This document shows, in pieces, positions 50,199 to 62,288 of a stretch of DNA of 64,000 nt. The DNA is from Octopus sinensis (Eukaryota). The stretch's first letter is position 1. Each line of letters begins with the position of its first letter. The notes under the pieces were generated by a model. It searched no databases. It was given only the letters and a program-made list of their open reading frames with translations, and was not told the DNA's origin. The stretch lies in the NCBI RefSeq assembly GCF_006345805.1, contig NC_042999.1, positions 118,482,001 through 118,546,000 on the forward strand, read 5' to 3'. A program made the position numbers and the translations under genes.

Positions 50199-50446
50199 TG
50201 GGGAGAGTCATTTTCTTTTTGTGCCTTATAATGTAACACACTCACCGGAAAAATTTCCACTTATTTCTTATTTTCATTTTCCTAAAATTTTTGTTGTGTC
50301 TTGCAACCTTTTTAATAGTCTTAAGACTAATGAAAAGGTTGCAAGATGCAACGAAAATTTTAGGAAAATAAAAATAAGAAATAAGTGGAAATTTTACCGG
50401 TGAGTGTGTTACATTATAAGGCACAAAAAGAAAATGACTCTCCCCA
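50199..50446. repeat. 248-bp spacerless palindrome of an interspersed repeat end
   Basis: Centre CTT|AAG at 50322/50323; 124-bp arms with 7 mismatches counted by eye and no indels. Confidence 0.92.
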
Positions 50447-51014
50447 GACACAACAAAATATCCTTCAACACACAAACTCATATAAACAATCTTGCAAACC
50501 AAATCCAAAAACGAAATAAAAATGTTGAGGGATGATTGTGATGATAATGACTGGTTACTCCAAACCAGACCCTAATTAAATAGACCTATGTTCAAGAGTA
50601 TTTCAGCTATGAATAGTCTTTCTCGTTCTTGTTTCTCAATGGTTACAATGGCCAAAATATATTTATTTTGTTTTTAAGATGGAAGTGTAAGACATGAGAG
50701 AATTTGGTTGCTTTTTCTAGCAGGCCCAGTGATCTAATAGAGACAGCAGAGCTGTTTACATGTTTTATATGTTTTTTGTTCTGTAGAGAAAACTCAGCAT
50801 TTCACTTGGTGAAACATGTGACTTAAAACGTAGGTTATGACTGAAGGGAAGTTGCCTGAGATTTGTTAGAAGTAATATGAAAAGGGAGAATGTGTTAGAA
50901 ATTTGCTTCCTTTCAGTGAGTAATATCAGTTCAGACACACACACACACACATAGAAAGACAGATGCATATATACATATATAAGAATTTTTATATGTATAT
51001 TGTATATGAATATA

Positions 51015-51024
51015 TATAAGTATA

Positions 51025-51106
<82 letters not shown>

Positions 51107-51280
51107 CATACATATGTAAGCATCTATCTCTCTCTCACTCTATATATATATACACATACATAAATACCTATATGTACATATATATATATATATACACACA
51201 CATATATATGTATACATATATATGCACACACATATATATATGTACATACACACACACACACACATATATACACATATGAA
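51015..51280. repeat. (TA)n / (CA)n compound microsatellite
   Basis: Read directly. Confidence 0.95.
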
Positions 51281-52185
51281 ATATGCATATAGGTATAAAT
51301 TTTGCATCTTGTCACAGGCATATATTCAATATATGTATTCATAAATGTGTGCATCTACATATGTCAAGTGTATGTCATGAGCATAGATAAAGTTTATAAT
51401 CCTGAGTCATATGTGTGTACACCATACACACACAAACCAAACAATCACATCTTTTTGTGTCATATCTTTTATGCATTTACTTTAACAAACTGTCAAGTCT
51501 TAGACATTTCTATTCTTCAAATATTTTCCTCCTTTCTTTATATTAATTTCATCCATTTTTTTTTATATATTCTTGATATCATTTTAATGTTTATTTATTT
51601 AAATTAGGTATGACATTACTCAATATTTTCTTTTCTTCTTACTTTTGGTAAAAAAAAAGCCTTCCCACCTATCCATAAATATTAGATTCTATTTCACTAT
51701 ATTCATACACACACAGACACACACACAGACACACACACAGACACACACACACACACATACACACAGTGTAATAAACGAAAAGAACAACTGTTCGTTATTC
51801 TTTATTTCTTGAGAGAATGATTTTTTTTACTTTGACATACTTAATATTGTTATGCTACTAATATAAAAATATATAAAGATGAAAGTATTTTAAAGTTATT
51901 GCTTTTTAACCCCAGGAAGGCTTTGAATTAGCAGGCTATTGATCAATTGTTTTCTAGTCATAAATATTCCATCGTTTTGTATATTTTTGATGTACATTTT
52001 CCAAGTTATTTAAATTATTTCTTTAGTTTGGTATTTATTTGTTTGTTTGTTTGTAAACAGAATGGTAGGATTTGAGGAAGATTAACCTACTATTTTTAGG
52101 AAATTAACCAGGCATGAAGAGGTTCCCTTATATATGTCTATGTACCTTGGCATGAATGCAATACAAAGTGTAATTTACATTCTAT

Positions 52186-52470
52186 CATCATCATCATCAT
52201 CATCATCGTCGTCGTCGTCGTCGTCGTCATCATTGTTTAATGTCCGTTTTCCATGCTTGCAGGAGTTGGACAGTTTGACATGGAGCTGACCACCTGGGAG
52301 CTGTCCAGACACCAATTGTCTGTTGTGGCATGATTTCTATGGCTGGATGCTCTTCCTAACACCAACCACTTAAAAGAGTGTGTTGTGTGCTTCTTACATG
52401 CTACTGGCATATATGCATTTAAGCATCACTGGCACTGGTGCATTTTATGTGGCACCAGCATCCGAAGGAC
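52186..52470 (-). mobile_element. RTE-tail family C related copy
   Basis: (CAT)n(CGT)n tail then TTTAATGTCCGTTTTCCATGC. Confidence 0.75.
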
Positions 52471-52520
52471 AAGCCTATATGTGCGAAAGAGCAATTTTAC
52501 TTAGCTTAACTTCTTATAGT

Positions 52521-52780
52521 GGAGGCGCGTGGCTTAGTGGTTAGGGTGTCAGCATTATGATCATAAGATTGTGGTTTCAATTCCTGGACTGGGCGACGCA
52601 TTGTGTTCTTGAGCAAAACACTTCATTTCATGTTGCTCCAGTCCTCTCAGTTGGCAAAAATGAGTAACGCTGTGATGGACTGGCGTCCCATCTAGCTAGG
52701 GAACACATATGCCATAGAAACTGGAAACCAGGCCCATGAGCCTGGCTAAGCTTTAAAAGGGCACATTTATTTATTTTTTA
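52521..52780 (+). mobile_element. tRNA-headed SINE family D
   Basis: GGAGGCGCGTGGCTTAGTGGTTAGGG A-box-like, GGTTTCAATTCC B-box-like, TTCTTGAGCAAAACACTT core, (ATTT)n tail. Confidence 0.85.
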
Positions 52781-54202
52781 ACTTCTTATAAATCACATCT
52801 TCCAAAAATGTTATTAATGATAGACTGCTGCCAGGAAGAGATTTACTTCTTTGCCACTTAATGAGATTGTTTTCTTTGATAAACCAGCTATCTACATTCT
52901 TTGACTTATGAACTGTTCATCATCATTGAGAATGAAATATGTTGTCACAGATTTTTATCATTACATTTGCTGGGAAAGACTCATAAGTGAGTCAATAATA
53001 GTATTATACAAATGAACAAGAAATTCCACAAGGGGTGACTGAGAGAGGCATTTAACAACAAATTCATTCAAAGCAGGTTAACAGAGCATACATACATAAA
53101 TTATCAAATCCTCACTGGTAACAAGATTAGGATGTAGGAATTGACTAAACTGTATTTGCTCAGCCATTAATTATCTGGAAAATAAGAGACAAAAAAAATG
53201 AATCTTCCAAAACATGCTGAAATATTTTTCTTAATTTGCTGGTAAGAACTGAGATACGTCCAACAGAGTTCTGCCCTGATCTAGCTTAGGGTGAGAAGGG
53301 AGATGTATGATCTTTGTGGTGATCTTAAAATCTCTGGCTGGAAAGAGATGAGAAAAATGTGAATCCTTCAGCTCCCAATAACACTCTGCAATGATTTTAA
53401 CAAGTGAAAAATGGCATGAGTCTTAAGAAGATTCAAGGTGATGTTCACAATATGGCTTCAGGCTGATGGTTGATATTTTGGTTGTTTCCATGAAAATGGT
53501 GTGGTTCATTTATGACAGTGAATGGGTAATTTTGCATTTGGGGTTCAAATCTTTACAGCTTCCAGTCAATATTCAAGTTGTCTAACATCAATCTTGACGA
53601 GAGGAGGGTTCTCCACCTCAAAGCTGAAAACCTTTTGGCCACCCACCAGTCTTGACTCAAATACTTCTTTCACTAGACCAACGTAACCCTCTCCAACCAA
53701 AATGACCCTTTGACTCTCACACAAGCTTTCAGCTTAATTTTTGTCATCATGATCATGATCATCATCATTGTTGTCATAGTCATCATCACCTTCATTGTCC
53801 TCCTCCCCCACCTCATAATTTAATCTTCCTGTTCCATGCTATACACAATTACAGATGCCCACCCACTTCTAGTTGCTCTGTCCCCTCTCACTTCTACTCA
53901 TCTCATAATTTGAAATGCAGCTTGGACACCTCCTTATCACTATCTGTCTCTTTACATCTACAACTGATTCATTTCTGACTCCCTACTAAATATTGGTTTA
54001 AAGCATTAATTATTTTTAACAAACAAGTACTATATAATATTGCAGATTTTGCAATTGGTGGGGAGGGGGAATTTTGTGGCTTGTCCTGGGTGCAGTTTAC
54101 CCTAGCTGTGTCACTGAATATGTACTCCAGCAGTACTTTCAGATGTCACAAACATAGACATGCAAACATATGCACACACACACACATATGCATATATATA
54201 TA

Positions 54203-54366
54203 TATGACGGGCTTGTTTCAGTTTCCATCTGCCAAATCCACTCAAGGCTTTGGTTGGCCTCAGACTATAGTAGAAGATATTTTCCCAGGGTGCTATTCAG
54301 TGAGACTGAACTCAGAATCATGTGGTTTGGAAGAAAGCTTCTTACCACACAGCCAAACCTGCACCT
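54203..54366 (-). mobile_element. SINE family A 5' half
   Basis: Reverse complement of the family A head. Confidence 0.8.
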
Positions 54367-54534
54367 ATATTTATATACCCTTAAGGACAGGAGTTTTATG
54401 ACCAAATATTGTTTGTACTTTGCTCTGTTCAAACTTGGAATGCTAGTTGTATTGTGAAGTACTCTCTAGGCTAACATACTATATTTGCTTATATTATTTA
54501 CATTTGACTGATATTTGTCCTCATCTTGTTTGTT

Positions 54535-54585
54535 GTTAACACAATGTTTCAGTTGATATACCCTCCAGTCTTCTTCAGGTGTCTT
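54535..54585 (-). ncRNA. Minimal hammerhead motif (left arm), degenerate
   Basis: AGACAC-CUGAAGA-AGACUG GAGGGUAUAU CAACU-GAAAC-AUU-GUGUU. Confidence 0.55.
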
Positions 54586-54636
54586 GGGGAAATTTGAAAC
54601 CTGGGTTCTTATTCCTAAGGTATTTTTCGATGTTGC

Positions 54637-54675
<39 letters not shown>

Positions 54676-54837
54676 CATTATTCCAGGTCACTGCTTGGAA
54701 TCCAACTCAGAATCTTGGGGCTAGAAGCCCGCACTCTTAACCTCTATGCCATATGCCCATGAGCATATGGCATAGTAGTTAAGAGCATGAGCTACTAACC
54801 CCAAGATTCTGAGTTGGATTCCAAGCAGTGACCTGAA

Positions 54838-54895
<58 letters not shown>

Positions 54896-54969
54896 AACAA
54901 CAACAACAACAACAGCAACAACATCGAAAAATACCTTAGGAATGAGAACCCAGGTTTGAAATTTCCCCA

Positions 54970-55017
54970 AGACACCTGATGAAGGCTGGAGGGTATATCA
55001 ACTGAAACATTGTGTTA
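54970..55017 (+). ncRNA. Minimal hammerhead motif (right arm), degenerate
   Basis: AGACAC-CUGAUGA-AGGCUG GAGGGUAUAU CAACU-GAAAC-AUU-GUGUU. The 45.5-kb copy has CAGCC, which restores stem II. ACAU is read as CpG-decayed ACGU. Confidence 0.65.
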
Positions 55018-55957
55018 ACAACAAACAAGATAAGGACAAATATCTGTCAAATGTAAATAATTTAAATAATGTACATAATTCCTCATCTCTTAAATATAGA
55101 ACTGTATGTTTACTCATGTATTTAACTGTTATCCACAATTCTGTTGGCAGTCACTAAGACCTTTACAGGTCCTCTGTAACCAGTGAAATAAATGCTATTA
55201 ATGTTTTATTTAAAATGCTGTAAATATATATCTGTGTGAATGATATGAGTAGAAAGAAGAGTTGAGAGAATGGATCTGGAGAGGAAAGACAGGGTATAGA
55301 GGTTACTGTGAGAGGGTTTGCCACAAGAAGGGTGATGGTAGGTGAAGAAATGAGTGGGTCAGGAGTGTCTGACTGAAGGTAAGTCTGATGAACAGAGGTC
55401 ATTATAGTGATAGGAGGCAGTACATTTGTGGGCCAGTGGTTGGAGCTATCTGTGAATGATTTACTACGAGTCAATCAAGTGGTTCTTCTCAGGCTGCAAA
55501 CCATGACATCTGTGAGCATAGTACAGCTCAGTTCCAGATGGACAGCAATGCTCCATGGTGGTTTTGACTTGATTTTTGAAGCATGTTAGTAATTATTGAA
55601 GGGTTAAATATTTTCTGTCCATGAAGAGAAGGCTCAGTCTTCAGAATGTCCTCAGGAACTTTTAAATGCTGATGATGACAGTTCTCATGATAGAATCTGA
55701 TAAGAAACAATTAGGAAAAAAAATTTCTAATGCATTGAGCAATAAAAGTTATTTATAAAATTATTGTAAGAATAGTGTGAGTTATCCAAATTTACAATAT
55801 TTAGATAACATATGAATTGAATATACTAATTAAAGCAATTATTTGATAAATATTTTACAAGTACACCCAGGAAAAGTAACAATTTAGAGTAAAGTTATAC
55901 TGTTTTAGTTATCAAGAGCTAGATATGCAATATTATGAGGCTTTGATTTCATGGAAT

Positions 55958-55986
55958 CCTCCTCCTCCTCCTCCTCCTCCTCCTCC

Positions 55987-56026
<40 letters not shown>

Positions 56027-56200
56027 TATTTTTATCATCATTATTATTATCATCATTATTATCATCATCATCATTATCATCATCATTATTATCATCATCA
56101 TTATCATCCTCATCATTATTATCATCATCATTATTATCATCATCATTATTATCATCATCATTATTATCATCATTATTATTATCATCATTATTATTATTAT
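55958..56200. repeat. Compound (TCC)n(TCA)n then higher-order CAT/TAT triplet repeat
   Basis: Read directly; forms the tail of a short family C fragment (56200-56275). Confidence 0.92.
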
Positions 56201-57597
56201 TTAATGTCCGTTTTCCATGCAGGCATGGATTGAATGGTTTGATAGAAGCTGACGAGCTGAAAGGCTGTTCAGGCATTTCAGGATACCGTAGGGATTAATT
56301 GGATATGCAAGTAACTTACAGGAATTACAGCATAAAACATGGAAGTTGAGTAAACCAGAAATAGTCTGCATTGGCAAGAATTATTCTATAGAATATGTAG
56401 AACCACCCAAGGAAAAATTTGATTACTGCAAAGAATGAACACTTGTATTTTGCTCAAGAGTGTGAGAGGAAAAGAGAAAACAGAGAGAGAGAATAAAAGA
56501 GAAAGAGAGAAGTATTGATACTTTGTTCACATTGTAATCAAAGAGACAATATTTTCTTTAACTTTGTCTGTCATTGGAGTTTCATCTTACAGTTTATCTA
56601 TTTGTTCTTCTTCCTACTGTTTAAACAGGAGGAAAGGCAGTGCCCAAGACCTTGTACAGGGTCTTTGAGGCTGATAGGTGTTAGAGCGGGAGGTATCCTC
56701 AAATTGGTGATATTGTTTCAATACTTGTAACAGATTGGATTCCACTAAAGACACCAAAGTGTGAAGTAGTAGCATTAAACAGAGTGATGCGTTGTCTGTC
56801 ACTGAAGTATGCTACAGTAGAATTTAAACTCTGAAAACAAAGCCAGAATAAATATTGCTGTTTGATACTCTAACTGTTCCACCCAACCACTGTCCTAATG
56901 AAACTCTATTTATTAATCCTGGAAGGATGAAAGACAAAGTTGACTTTGACAAGATTTGAACTCAAAATGCTAGAAACTAGAATAACCAGTGCAAGGTGTC
57001 AAGATTTGGGCAAAACTAAGCACCAGTTTTATAATTGAACTCCTGAAGCTCATTGAAATATCTGCTGCTTATGCTAACACTTGAATCAGACAAATACTAG
57101 AGCTTAGTACTATTGAGAAACATGTTGTGTCACATAGCAACAATATTTTCCTATCTCTCTATCTTAGGAAAGTTGGCAGAGGCAGGCAGAAAATGTTGGA
57201 AGCGATGTTGAATTAACAACGGTCATTAACATGGAATTTCTCAATATTGTATGACACTAAATAGCATAAACTTGATATTACTAATGAGAGAAAATTCGTT
57301 AACTATTAATGTATTGCAGCTCCTTCCATCCATGTAACTAAAAGTTTTTATTTCTTTCTGGACACTTGCCATGCTGATTTTTATTCATATATTTATTTAT
57401 TTTATATCATTCTGGGAAAATAATTTTGTCATTGATTACAGGTTTCTAACATACCAATAAATAGTTCACTGCATTTATAATTGCAAAGGTGGCAATGCAA
57501 CATATGTGAAATTGGCAGAACAATTACTACACTGTGTGTTTTTATTTCAAAGCTCTGGAATTTTGCTTTTCGCATCAATGCTTACTTATTTGATAAC

Positions 57598-57646
<49 letters not shown>

Positions 57647-58517
57647 CCAAATATGCATTTGAACATAAACATACACTATTTTCTCTCTTCATCTCTCTCT
57701 CATGCATACACACCCATATATGTATGATGTTGATGATGATGATGATGATGGTGTATGTGCGTAGAACTCAAGGAGATTTAGCCTTTAACTACAAAGATAT
57801 TATTACAAATGATAGATTAAGAAAAGTCAAAACAAATTGCACTCATTTCTAAAGAAGAAGGAAGATTATTTTTTTTTGTTATGTCTTGACCCAGATCAAC
57901 CCTGACCAATCAGATTTATGACCAAAGGAATTTCAGCTATGATTACCATATCTTTTTCTAGGATTACATTAGTGAATATATTTTATTTGTGTTTAACATG
58001 GTAGGGTGGGATTTGAGGGACATCTGACAGCAATTTCTAACAGCCTACCCAATCTTGCAATGGACTGACATTTTGTTCAGGGGAGAAGTTGGCCTGCTCA
58101 CCTAGCCAGTAAGGTGATATCATCTGAAAGCCAAAACAATGCAAGGAAGTGAATTGTGACCAGCAGGGTGTTACAATATCCAATAGTTTGGTCAATACTG
58201 CGATACTATGATGTATACGTAGACATGTGTGTGCTTGTATGTCATTATTCAGTTTTATTTCAAGATTTCTTGCCAAAGTATCTTGCCAAAGTATCAAAGT
58301 TGGTATGTATATCATTCTTAGATCAGTTCAGAAAGAATATTCAAAGTTGCCTTTCTGTCTTTCTTGACAAGAATTATTATGACAGATAAAATTTTGTTCA
58401 CTTAAAATAAGTTATGAAGCTTATTACATTAAACACTTCATTCAACTATGTTCTTCATGTAGAATATATGTGTGTATGTATGTGTGTGTGTATTTATATG
58501 TATGTATCTGTACATAT

Positions 58518-58770
58518 AACATCATCATCATCATCATCAATATTTAACATCTGCTTTCCATGCAGGCATGGGTTAAATGGTCTCACTAGGACTGGTAAGC
58601 CTAAGAGCTGCAAGTTCCAGTTTGATTTGGTATGGTTTCTACAGCTGGATGCCGTTCCTAATGCCAACTGCTCTGAGAGTGTAATAGGTGTTTTTGTATG
58701 TGCCACCAGCATGGGTGCCATTTACATGACACTGGCAATGATCATGACTACAGTCTCACTTGGCTTCATA
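58518..58770 (-). mobile_element. RTE-tail family C related copy
   Basis: (CAT)n tail then TTTAACATCTGCTTTCCATGCAGGCATGGG. Confidence 0.8.
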
Positions 58771-58811
58771 ATATATATATATATAATCCAAATTAAAATC
58801 AAATTTGATGA

Positions 58812-59339
58812 CTGACATCTGTGCTAGTGGTGTGCAAAGAGCACGATACAAGTGTGATCGTTGACAGAGCAGCTAACCAGCTTCTGTGCCAGTGGCACAT
58901 AAAAGGTACCATTTGAGTGTGATCATTATTAGCGTTGCCTTACTGGCACTTGAGCCCTATGCTAGTAGGGTGCTAAGAGCACCATCCGAGCATGATAGTT
59001 GCCAGAGCGGCTAACTGGCTTCCATGCTGGTGGCACATAAAAGGCACCATTCGAGTGTGATTGTTACCAGCATTGCCTCACTGGCACCTGTGCCGGTGGC
59101 ATGTGTAAAAAGATTTGAGCGAGGCCATTGCCAGTACCGCCTGACTGGTCCCTGTGCCGGTGGCACGTAAAAGCACCCAGTACACTCTCAGAGTGGTTAG
59201 CGTTAGGAAGGGCATCCAGCTGCAGAAACTCTGCCAGATCAAGATTGGAGCATGGTGCAGCCATCTGATTCACCAGCCCTCAGTCAAATCGTCCAACCCA
59301 TGCTAGCATGGAAAGCGGATGTTAAACGATGATGATGAT
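58812..59339 (+). mobile_element. RTE-tail family C
   Basis: Reverse-complement homolog of 15620-16105 and 28882-29385; ends GTTAAAC(GAT)n. Confidence 0.88.
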
Positions 59340-60136
59340 ATATATATATATACATAACACACACACACACATATATATATGTATATACATATATTTATTT
59401 ATTTATATATACATGTATTTATATATGTATGTATGTATGTATGAATATCATGACAAATATCAAAGAATGGCGTTAGGGATAGCAAATCATTTTAAAACTT
59501 CATTTACAATCATTTCATCAAAACTCAGTATAATCAATTAATCAATCTTGCATATTGTTGTAACCATGTCAGCAACTATTAATTAATTTTCATGTGAAAT
59601 GTAGGATTTCTTTTATAGTACATGGTGGAAATATTTTATGTGATAAATACCAAGGTTGTATATGACAATTCATTTGGTATATATGTGTGTATAAATAAAT
59701 AAATGTGTGTGTAAATAAATCAATGTGCATGTAAATAAAAAGAGACATACATACATACAATTACTGGGGCATTGGGGTATGTAACATATTGCCTAAATAC
59801 CAATCTTGAGAAATTAAGCTTCTCAGAACCAGAAAGGGGAAAGCTGATTTGGACACTACAGATCCAAGCCATCACTGGAACTGTAAAACGCCGTAGAACT
59901 TTCCAGAGGTTTATCATTTAAGTTTATAGGAGCATATCTAGATATGCAAGTATATACATGAGAAGACATACATAAAACAAAACATACAAATCTGCACATA
60001 TAAATACATACATACATACAATACCTTGTTGTTGATGTTGAAATTCCATTGAAGGCACCTTGGATCCAGGTTAGAAACTGGCTCTTTCTCTATTGGCAAA
60101 TCTTGAAATAAAACTGAATAATCTCACACACACATA

Positions 60137-60175
<39 letters not shown>

Positions 60176-60243
60176 CATATGATGGATGTCTATGTAGGTT
60201 CTATTTGTCAAATTTCTCTCTCTAGGCATTAATCAATTCAACA

Positions 60244-61171
60244 CATAGGTTCTCAAAGTGGGTGCTACTGCCCCGATGGGTGTTGAAATGGTCCAGGTGG
60301 GCACTGGTGCCTAAGGGGGGGGGAGCAGTAGAGAAAAAGGATGCATTAGGAGGAAGGTAATGAATTGGGGGACGCTATGAATTTATTATATTATTATAGT
60401 ATTGTATACAAATTATATAATACTAGCAGCTAAGCCTCGTTTCACCCAGTCTGTTTGGATAAAGTGGCTGTGATCGTTTTCGGTTAAGCATAATCTATAA
60501 CAGCGTTTCTCAACCTTATCATTTCAGGTCTCCTGTTTCAATTGGAGGCTCCAGCTGTATGAAAATTTCCTGACTAGACCTGGTAGAAATAGCAGCCAAA
60601 TCTCCCTCAAAACACCCTACTTTCTTAATCTGATAATTCTGCCTATTATATAGTTTGAATGAGAAACTGTAACTAAAGATTAAGATTATTAACCCCACAA
60701 AGAGGTGAAAGAAGAGAGACAGCATAGCAAAAGTTTTGGCTGACTGTCATCCCGTACTCCCCTTTTTGCTAGCGAAATGGTATATGCCAGCTGTGTGAGC
60801 AACTGGTTGTTTTATTAGCGGAACAAACGGGAATTCCATAGGAAAAGTTTTAATCGATTTTCTTGGTAACTATGGGGACTAGGAAAAAAAAATACAAACT
60901 GGATTCCAATATATGTACCTGTCTCCACATGTGTGCCATTTTTCAAGCAAATCAACCCAGCCATTTGGCTGTGAACTTCAAGACAAGAATGAATACAACG
61001 CTCGCCCATGTCCAATTTATATTATAGATTATATTAAATAACAAATGATTCACAGTATATATAAATTAGTAAAATATAAAATATTTATTTTTACATAAAT
61101 AGGGGTGGAGATGATAAGGGTATTATGTAGCTATGAGTGGGGCATTGGCCCAAAAAGTTTGAGAACCTCTG
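60244..61171. mobile_element. hAT (Charlie-like) non-autonomous element
   Basis: 14-bp TIRs CATAGGTTCTCAAA / TTTGAGAACCTCTG (1 mismatch); 8-bp TSD-like flanks ATTCAACA / ATTCAAGG (6/8). Confidence 0.75.
60423..61028 (-). mobile_element. Non-autonomous Helitron nested in the hAT element
   Basis: Minus strand A|TCTATAATATAAA ... decayed hairpin CTGGGTGAAACGAGGCTTAG ... CTAG|T: TC start, CTAG end, AT target, no TSD. Confidence 0.75.
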
Positions 61172-62056
61172 ATTCAAGGCTTTGTTAGAAAACAAAAGTG
61201 CACATATTTTCTGAGTAGACTTTGTTAAATGGGAAATAAAAGTAACATAGAGCACAATGCCAAACCTGATATACATTATTTTTGAGATCCAAATAGTAGA
61301 GTTTCAGAAAACTATCTTTGCTAATATCTGTTGTCGAGTGGATCTGAATCATCATTAAATCTCAATGCATGAATCAGTTGAAAGGACGATTTTATATTCA
61401 AAGAAAGTGTGAATGTTGATAGATGTAATACCACAGCTAAGTAGTCACCGAAGAAGATAGATGAATTTTTCATCCCAGAGGATGGTAAGGTTCATATCTA
61501 ATAGATTAAAGAAAGGACTATCTAAGATGGATATTGATAATATGACAGATGACTCAAATATATGAATATATTTCTTTCATGTAAACATCTAAAATATTGA
61601 GATGAATATTAGAGATCCGTGGTAAATGTTAAATCAGATTAGTATAGAATTCAGTGTGATCTCAGAACAGCTATAATTTATCCCAAAATATGACAATTTC
61701 CAATATTATGAGATAAACCTGACAATAGAATAACATAAAAGCTGTTGGATTTGACTGAGGATCAATGTTTGTTCTGAGAGGGCAAAATTCACTACTAGTA
61801 CTTTACTAGAATCAAGCTTAAGTTTAGTAATTTATGAGTGTTAATTTCATAAAATCTGGAGATATGTAAAGCAATGTCAATTCCAATGGAATATGAATTC
61901 AGAACAAAATGAGAAGAAAGTGAATAGTGCATGGTAATGTTTAATGCCTTAGAATATTTTGTTAGTGAAAGCATATGGCCAAGTGGTTAGGGTGTTTGGC
62001 TCACATCAAAAGGCTATGGGTTGAATTTCTTAATCTGGTGGGGTACTATGTTCTTA

Positions 62057-62288
62057 TTTCTTTATTGGCCACACGGGGCTAAACATAGAGGGGAAAAACA
62101 AGGACAGACAGAGGGATTAAGTCAATTAGATCGACCCCATTGCATAACTGGTACTTAATTTAGTGACCCCGAAAGGATGAAAGGCAAAGTTGACCTCGTC
62201 GGAATTTGAACTCAGAATGTAATGGCAGACGAAATACCACTAAGCATTTTGCCCAGCGTGTTAACATTTCTGCCAGCTTGCCACTTTG
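62057..62288 (-). mobile_element. SINE family B
   Basis: Reverse-complement homolog of 14384-14614. Confidence 0.88.

Larger units (their letters stand above)
54493..55106. mobile_element. Head-to-head palindromic pair of tRNA-headed, hammerhead-carrying SINE-like units
   Basis: Arms 54493-54756 and 54763-55061 are reverse complements around a 6-nt loop CCATGA. The plus arm continues to the tail ending GAACTGTA at 55106. Confidence 0.9.

Noticed and set aside
50326-50370. CUAAUGA..GUUGCA/UGCAAC-GAAA inside the palindrome
   Set aside because: The core differs between arms (CUAUUAA in the other), there are four extra nt before stem II and no stem III or cleavage site.
61320-61750. Purine-rich stretch that looks like decayed coding sequence (also 52860-53640, 55120-55680)
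   Set aside because: Stops occur in all frames examined and no motif was recognised.
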